Shown here piece after piece: positions 43,001 through 47,722 of a stretch of DNA of 47,722 nt (positions are counted from its first letter, which is position 1; the number at the start of each line of letters is the position of its first letter). Where the stretch lies: sequence record SRR20825019_53; one strand, 5' to 3'. The notes below the pieces were generated by a model, which was not told where the DNA came from, did no database searches, and was given only the letters and a program-made list of their open reading frames with translations. The position numbers were made by a program, and so were the translations under genes.

Positions 43001-43136
43001 TTTAGGTCCACTATTAGGAAGTATGAATGAACTTATTAATAATGGATTAAATTATCATTGGGAAATTGGTGAAGCTCTTAATAGGCAAATAAATTCGGTA
43101 GGTGATTCTTCAGATATGGAAGGTGATCAGGGTTAA
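40011..43136 (+). CDS. ankyrin-repeat protein with C-terminal F-box-like motif (candidate host effector)
   Basis: 13 clear F..A..NG..E..KYL repeats plus about 3 degenerate ones; FFNLPVEIIYKIAGYV near the C-terminus. Confidence 0.88.
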   Translation: MYKDILAEISLKFGNYLSKSDAYECIKGFIFDGSIFKLDLKEFIEILDIIDLEVRELLIKSSSKGDIEVINYLFSLKDKACSDSFLYNRYTLLNSFIKAAENGHTDILQYILDRINDKKFQNIIIHSSGNSPFKLAVINGHLNTVKYIAWLTDLKEVDYLIHSIDNDYKYITQSIKNGHIETIRYLIELCEDNDLKQNMINRCKEIFFTSAVENGHIEIVRFLLKLVLTSKGAKKMVLDRYDLREILGDGVEAVLSVGFGVSFRIALNRGHEEVVKYLLNSTLSKKKWDKIINSEDNSFYIEAANSGKIELLNEILNYTKDEGFKEEMILICRSISFRDAAKNGKIEVLNKLLEQSKDQNEKNAIIHFNGNNPFLNAAFSGNLEVMKYLLEIAQDSDKREEMLHCNNEEPFRLACSSGNFEVIKYFLDLEQDKEKKEEIIHRDSDILFRFIVMSGKLDLVKYFIELTPDPEKRDKMIHSNCDEAFRVSAANGFIDIMKYLAQLTSDPVKIKQMIKADNYACLRYAFSKGQLNVLKYLHDIGGEDVTNEMSDSKYEYLSINNGQSQSIIYNITKILKYDIIKYSMENLKELNECQFLILSDKDFMSFLLEQAYELIKSNSFESFDDLFTVYFLDIGICDGFNELIDLFFKSLDNNNILKLKKDFINEKQDIVGSLVGSLIDLSLRNNNLEAVKCMLGFFNAKSDYFNRFVSSRLYHFAYEKNTLATFKYLFSFDINIETKSKAINEYFKVVYLPSGFVNYNIDFSSVKYLISLTDEMHANKRIEIMHNAFGNAFYKGSLDTMIHILKLEPRNHEGIINSKFNLNYNLPYTPLYTSNVVDFAEKIKHICILSPFHDWTNEFAELKPRYINIEQEIKPYLGINIKSLKNFATCCKNLFSAVSNVNPNNIEKSSFFNLPVEIIYKIAGYVAEVEIEDYVRIKSSISAFTYNEVNYNSEFKGFISRYEELLEAVSWNNNGDIVSKDKEAEVETSQYNRLASVLGPLLGSMNELINNGLNYHWEIGEALNRQINSVGDSSDMEGDQG
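40182..41625 (+). repeat. protein-level tandem ankyrin-like repeats, mostly 37-aa (111-nt) period
   Basis: Example unit FRDAAKNGKIEVLNKLLEQSKDQNEKNAIIHFNGNNP = 37 aa; repeats are diverged at DNA level. Confidence 0.8.
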
Positions 43137-43232
43137 ATTACTATATTTTAAGTAATTACTAAATATATATTAATTATAATAGTTATTATAATTTTAATAT
43201 AGACCTACTGTTACATATTACTTAGTTTTATT

Positions 43233-44027
43233 TTATTTGAGATTAACTAAATTGTTAGCTTTAGAGAATAATTTAAAAAAATTATAAGTGGTTTCTTTTT
43301 GGATTATTTCTAAACTAGTATTTTTTACATCTGATAAATATTCAGCAACATATTTTAAATAGCTTGGTTCATTAACTTTACCTCTTAATGGAACTGGAGC
43401 TAAATATGGAGAGTCTGTTTCTATTAGTAAATATTCAACTGGAATATTTTGGGTAATATTTCTTAGCATTGTTGCATTTTTAAAAGTAATTATTCCAGAT
43501 ATGGAAATATATATTCCAAGATTTATAGCTTTTTTAGCTAGTTTCTCTGATGAACTAAAGCAATGTAGAACTGCACTAAATTGTGAGTTTTTCATTTCAC
43601 TTTCTAGTATATCAATCATATCATTATCAGCATCCCTTGAATGTATTATAAGCGGAAGCTTTGTAGATCTTGCAGCATCAATATGTTTAATAAAGTTTTC
43701 TTTTTGTTCTTGTTTTGAAGAATGTAAATAATAATAATCAAGTCCTGTTTCTCCTATTCCAATTATTTTTTCATGTTTTGCAAATTCAATTAAAGATATA
43801 TAAGTATCTTTTGGCTTGTGGAATTTAGCTTCATGAGGATGCACTCCGCATGAACCAAAGATATTGTTATATCTTTCTATGATATCAATTATTTCATGCA
43901 TTTCAGAAAGTTTAGTACAAATAGTTTGCATATATTTGACATTAGCTTTTAAAGCATTGTCAATAATATTATCTAGATTTGATATAATATCTTTTGAATT
44001 TAGATGGCAATGTGAATCTATTATCAT
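43233..44027 (-). CDS. tatD: TatD family hydrolase
   Basis: IDSHCHL, GVHPH, IGETGLDY, IIHSR, LHCF, ETDSPYLAP. Confidence 0.97.
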   Translation of the reverse strand: MIIDSHCHLNSKDIISNLDNIIDNALKANVKYMQTICTKLSEMHEIIDIIERYNNIFGSCGVHPHEAKFHKPKDTYISLIEFAKHEKIIGIGETGLDYYYLHSSKQEQKENFIKHIDAARSTKLPLIIHSRDADNDMIDILESEMKNSQFSAVLHCFSSSEKLAKKAINLGIYISISGIITFKNATMLRNITQNIPVEYLLIETDSPYLAPVPLRGKVNEPSYLKYVAEYLSDVKNTSLEIIQKETTYNFFKLFSKANNLVNLK

Positions 44028-44090
44028 ATTTTATATTATAAAATTTACTTTATATTTATATATTTTAATTATTTAATTTATAAATTTTGT

Positions 44091-45620
44091 CTATTTTATT
44101 CTATTAAAAATTGGTGTTGGTTTTTTTAATAATTCGTTGTTATCATAGGCAAAATCTATTGATAAATTGTTAATTTTCCTTAAGTTAAGAGGGGTATTAA
44201 TTTGATCAAGCAGTTTATCAGCAGAGCTTGGTATAAAAGGATATAATAAAATAGCTATATATCTAAGAACTTCAACAAGTATATATAAAGTTGTATAAAG
44301 CTTTTTATGATTATTTTTTATTAACTCCCAAGGTTTAGAATTATCAATATATTGGTTAGCATCATTTACAAGTGAAATTACTTCTTCAATAGAATTACTA
44401 AAATTATGATTATCCATAAATTTAGTGTAATTATCCTTTGTTTTAAGAGCTTTTTTTATTAAATCACTTTTATAAATTTCTAACAAATCTTCATGGTTTT
44501 TTGGAATAATTTCTTTTGAAAGATTGTAATTTACTATAAATGAAATTGTTCTTTGAAAAAGATTTCCTATTTTATTAGAAAGCTCAGAATTTACTCTGTT
44601 TTTTAGAGCAATTTTTGAAAAATCACCATCATTTCCAAATGTAATTTCTCTTAGCAAGAAGTATCTTACTTGATCAATTCCATATTCATCTATGAGTTTG
44701 AATGGATCTATGACATTTTTTAAAGATTTGGATATTTTTTCTCCTTCATTAGTCCACCAACCATGGGCTATTATTTGCTTAGGTAAAGCAAGATTTGCAG
44801 CCATTAAAAAAGCTATCCAATAAACTGCATGAAAAATTAATATATCTTTACCAACTATATGTAGGTCGCAAGGCCAATTTTTATTAAAATCACTTGAGTT
44901 AGTGTCTGGATAATTTAGGTTTGAAATGTAATTAGTAAGGGCGTCCATCCAAACATAAATTACATGTTTGTTATTATTTGGTACTTCTATACCCCACTTA
45001 AAAGAAGTTCTTGATATGGATAAATCTTGTAAGCCTTTCTTTACAAAACTAATAACTTCGTTTCTTCTAGATACTGGTTTTATAAAATCAGGGTTTTGTT
45101 CATAAAAATCTAATAGCTTGTCTTGAAATTTTGATAAAGCAAAAAAATAGCTATCTTCTTCAACCCATTCTACAGGTGATCCATTAGGAGCTTTGCCATC
45201 TTTAATATCATTTTTACTATAGAATGCTTCATCTCTAACTGAATACCATCCTGAATATTTTGATAAATATATATATCCAGCTTTTTCAATATTATTCCAA
45301 AAATTTTTTACTGAATTAATATGGTTTTTATCAGTTGTTCTTACAAAAATATCAGAAGATATATTAAATTTTTTAGTAAGATCTTTAAAATATTGTGATA
45401 TGTTATCAACATACTCTTTAGGGCTTTGTTTTTTTAAAGATGCAGATTTTTCTACTTTTTGTCCATGCTCGTCTGTTCCTGTTGCAAAAAGTACTTTATT
45501 GTTGTTAATTCTATTAAATCTAGCTAAACAATCTGCAGCAATTGAAGTATATGCGTGTCCAATATGAGGCAAATCATTGACATAATAGATAGGAGTTGTA
45601 ATGTAGAAGTTTTTACTCAC
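44091..45620 (-). CDS. metG: methionine--tRNA ligase (GTG start)
   Basis: YITTPIYYVN..PHIGHAY, TGTDEHG, YVW.DAL.NY, GKDI..FH, KISKS. Confidence 0.98.
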   Translation of the reverse strand: MSKNFYITTPIYYVNDLPHIGHAYTSIAADCLARFNRINNNKVLFATGTDEHGQKVEKSASLKKQSPKEYVDNISQYFKDLTKKFNISSDIFVRTTDKNHINSVKNFWNNIEKAGYIYLSKYSGWYSVRDEAFYSKNDIKDGKAPNGSPVEWVEEDSYFFALSKFQDKLLDFYEQNPDFIKPVSRRNEVISFVKKGLQDLSISRTSFKWGIEVPNNNKHVIYVWMDALTNYISNLNYPDTNSSDFNKNWPCDLHIVGKDILIFHAVYWIAFLMAANLALPKQIIAHGWWTNEGEKISKSLKNVIDPFKLIDEYGIDQVRYFLLREITFGNDGDFSKIALKNRVNSELSNKIGNLFQRTISFIVNYNLSKEIIPKNHEDLLEIYKSDLIKKALKTKDNYTKFMDNHNFSNSIEEVISLVNDANQYIDNSKPWELIKNNHKKLYTTLYILVEVLRYIAILLYPFIPSSADKLLDQINTPLNLRKINNLSIDFAYDNNELLKKPTPIFNRIK

Positions 45621-45662
45621 TTTATTAAAATATAAATTTAAATCATATAACTACAAACATAT

Positions 45663-47621
45663 ATGCAAGTTGTCAAAGTCTTATTGCCACAAACCAAATT
45701 ATTTCCACTTAATTATATTACTGATCTTGAAGTTAGTTTAGGGGATTTAGTACTTGTAACACTTAAGGATAAAAAGATAACAGGAATAATTATTGAACTT
45801 GATGTTAAAACAGATAACTTAGATAAGTTAAAGAAAATAGTAAGTAAAAATAGTTTTGAATTAAATATATCACTAAAAGAAATAGAATTTATAAAAAAAC
45901 TGGCAAAATACTATGTATCAGAACTTGGTTCAGTTGCTAAGATGGTTCTTCCTGTAGAGCTCAATGAAAAGCCTTATTATATGATAGAGCAAGTGATTGA
46001 AAACGAATTTAGTCTTGCAAGTCTTAATAACGATCAAAAAATAGTTTATGAAAAAATATTAAATTCTACTGATAATTTAAAAAAATATAGTACAGAATTA
46101 ATTCATGGAGCGACTGGTTCTGGTAAAACTGAGATTTATTTTAATTTGATAGCTAGGGCTCTTAAGGATGGCAAGCAAGTATTACTTATGCTTCCTGAAA
46201 TTGCTCTAACTCAACAATTATTAAGGAGATTTAAAGAAAGATTTTGTTTTGAACCGGAAATATGGAATTCTTCTATTAAGAAATCAAGTAAGAAAAAAAT
46301 CTTAAGGGGTATTATATCCGGTACTGTAAAATTCATTATAGGTTCAAGAAGTAGTTTAATGCTTCCATATAATGATTTAGGATTAATTATAGTAGATGAA
46401 GAACATGACAGTTCATATAAGCAAGAAGAAGGAGTTTTATATAATTCAAGGGATATGTCAGTTTTAAAGGGAAAAATTTTTGATTTTCCTGTGATATTAT
46501 GTTCAGCTACTCCATCTCTTGAATCATATTATAACTCAACTACTTCAAAGTATAATTTACATTATATCAGTAGTAGATATCAAGCTTCACTTCCTGAAGT
46601 TAATATAATAGATATGACTAAAGATTCATTGCCTTTAGGTCTATGGATTTCTGAAACTTTAAAAAAAGAAATTGCAAAAAATCTATCAATTAACAAACAA
46701 ACTTTAATATTTATTAACAGGAAAGGTTATGCTCCTTTGGTGTTGTGTAGGGATTGCGGATATAGATTTGAATGTAGTAAATGTTCATCTTGGTTAGTTC
46801 TTCATAAAGGAAAAAAAAGACTTAAGTGTCATCATTGTGGATATATTACTAGTTTGGTAGATTTATGTCCTGAATGTAATATGAATGATACTCTTGCAGC
46901 TTGTGGTCCTGGTATAGAAAGAATAGAGGAAGAGTTAAAAATTTATTTTAAAGATGCTGTAATAAAAACTATTACTAAAGATATTTCTTCAAATAATGAT
47001 CACATCAATGAAATAATTAAAAATATAGAAAATCATGAAGTAGATATAATAATTGGTACACAAATAATTGCAAAAGGATATCATTTTCCGAAAATTACTT
47101 TAGTTGGTGTGATTGATGCAGATATTGGTTTCTACTCACCTCATGTAAAATCAGCTGAAAAATCTTTTCAATTAATTCATCAGGTTGGTGGTAGGGCAGG
47201 TAGAGAAGCTCATAGTGGTAAAGTGTTTTTACAAACATATTATCCTGATAGTAAAGTCTGTCTTAGCCTAAAAAATGGTGATATAAAAGGATTTTATGAT
47301 TTTGAGCTCGATATAAGAGAGCAATCTTTAGCTCAACCATTTTTTAGGGTAGTAGTAATAATTTTATCTGGAAAACAAGAGGTTAATGTTAAGAATTATG
47401 CAAGAGTTTTTGCAGAAAAAATGAATAGTTCAGACTATAAAATATATGGTCCAATAGAAGCAAGTATTTATAAATTAAATAATAAATTTAGATATAAAAT
47501 ACAAATTCATTGTAAGAAAAATTATAAAATTCAGGAAAAAATTATGAATGTTATGAGTAATATGAAGACTAATAATTCAGTACATATTAAAGTTGATATA
47601 GATCCATATACTGACTACTAA
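45663..47621 (+). CDS. priA: primosomal protein N'
   Basis: GATGSGKTE, PEIALT, DEEHD.SYKQ, SATPS, four CxxC pairs, QVGGRAGR, DIDP end. Confidence 0.98.
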   Translation: MQVVKVLLPQTKLFPLNYITDLEVSLGDLVLVTLKDKKITGIIIELDVKTDNLDKLKKIVSKNSFELNISLKEIEFIKKLAKYYVSELGSVAKMVLPVELNEKPYYMIEQVIENEFSLASLNNDQKIVYEKILNSTDNLKKYSTELIHGATGSGKTEIYFNLIARALKDGKQVLLMLPEIALTQQLLRRFKERFCFEPEIWNSSIKKSSKKKILRGIISGTVKFIIGSRSSLMLPYNDLGLIIVDEEHDSSYKQEEGVLYNSRDMSVLKGKIFDFPVILCSATPSLESYYNSTTSKYNLHYISSRYQASLPEVNIIDMTKDSLPLGLWISETLKKEIAKNLSINKQTLIFINRKGYAPLVLCRDCGYRFECSKCSSWLVLHKGKKRLKCHHCGYITSLVDLCPECNMNDTLAACGPGIERIEEELKIYFKDAVIKTITKDISSNNDHINEIIKNIENHEVDIIIGTQIIAKGYHFPKITLVGVIDADIGFYSPHVKSAEKSFQLIHQVGGRAGREAHSGKVFLQTYYPDSKVCLSLKNGDIKGFYDFELDIREQSLAQPFFRVVVIILSGKQEVNVKNYARVFAEKMNSSDYKIYGPIEASIYKLNNKFRYKIQIHCKKNYKIQEKIMNVMSNMKTNNSVHIKVDIDPYTDY

Positions 47622-47722
47622 TTTATACTGTTTGAACTTAATATATTAACTCCAATAATTACATTAAGGTAATCTATTAAATTAAAATTCTATAATATGA
47701 CTACCCCATGGGTAAGTTTTTT

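Noticed and set aside
1299-44076. Other short ORF-track entries overlapping real genes (e.g. 4225, 4247, 10843, 11401, 23329, 24256, 28685, 29902, 33287, 36118, 37277, 38538, 39225, 43501)
   Set aside because: Antisense or off-frame shadows of well-supported CDSs with no independent evidence
47702-47722. TACCC-CAT-GGGTA hairpin plus T-run after priA as a terminator
   Set aside because: Only 5 bp with a 3-nt loop at the window edge; could equally be the 3' end of a convergent gene (minus strand reads KTYPWGSHIIEF*); cannot be resolved
1-47722. CRISPR arrays, rRNA, prophage genes, CtrA boxes and sigma70 promoters
   Set aside because: No repeat-spacer arrays, rRNA or phage genes seen; TTAA-N7-TTAA and TATAAT-like words cannot be called by eye in DNA this AT-rich

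Overview
Very AT-rich alphaproteobacterial chromosome segment. Gene content and order point to an intracellular Rickettsiales bacterium, most likely Rickettsiaceae: a DsbA-like gene ahead of atpI-B-E-F'-F, ccmB next to a DUF2670-like gene, glyA-esterase-nth/grxD, dapF-mtaB, and separate rpoB and rpoC. Most of the window is housekeeping: tRNA-Leu, dapB, F0 ATP synthase genes, acnA, ccmAB, lptF, gpsA, mtaB, dapF, obgE, ubiG, lysC, an ABC exporter, cyaY, nrdR, glyA, nth, grxD, mutS, tRNA-Val, tRNA-Trp, secE-nusG-rplKAJL-rpoBC, tatD, metG and priA. There are two accessory spots. (1) At 22.8-25.1 kb an intact Rpn/PD-(D/E)XK nuclease gene sits between two decayed IS relics that the ORF track misses (IS5/IS1182-type and IS982-type). 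This Rpn has a mitochondrial-presequence-like N-terminal extension, a candidate internal start for a small antitoxin-like product, and a short tail resembling that of the second accessory gene. (2) At 40.0-43.1 kb is a 1041-aa ankyrin protein with 37-aa repeats and a C-terminal F-box-like motif. The most striking core-gene observation is an apparent reciprocal charge swap at the RNA polymerase active-site rim: beta GYNFED becomes GYNFKD (E. coli E813K equivalent) and beta' PSQD becomes PEED (Q504E equivalent). All calls come from reading motifs by eye; no searches were run.
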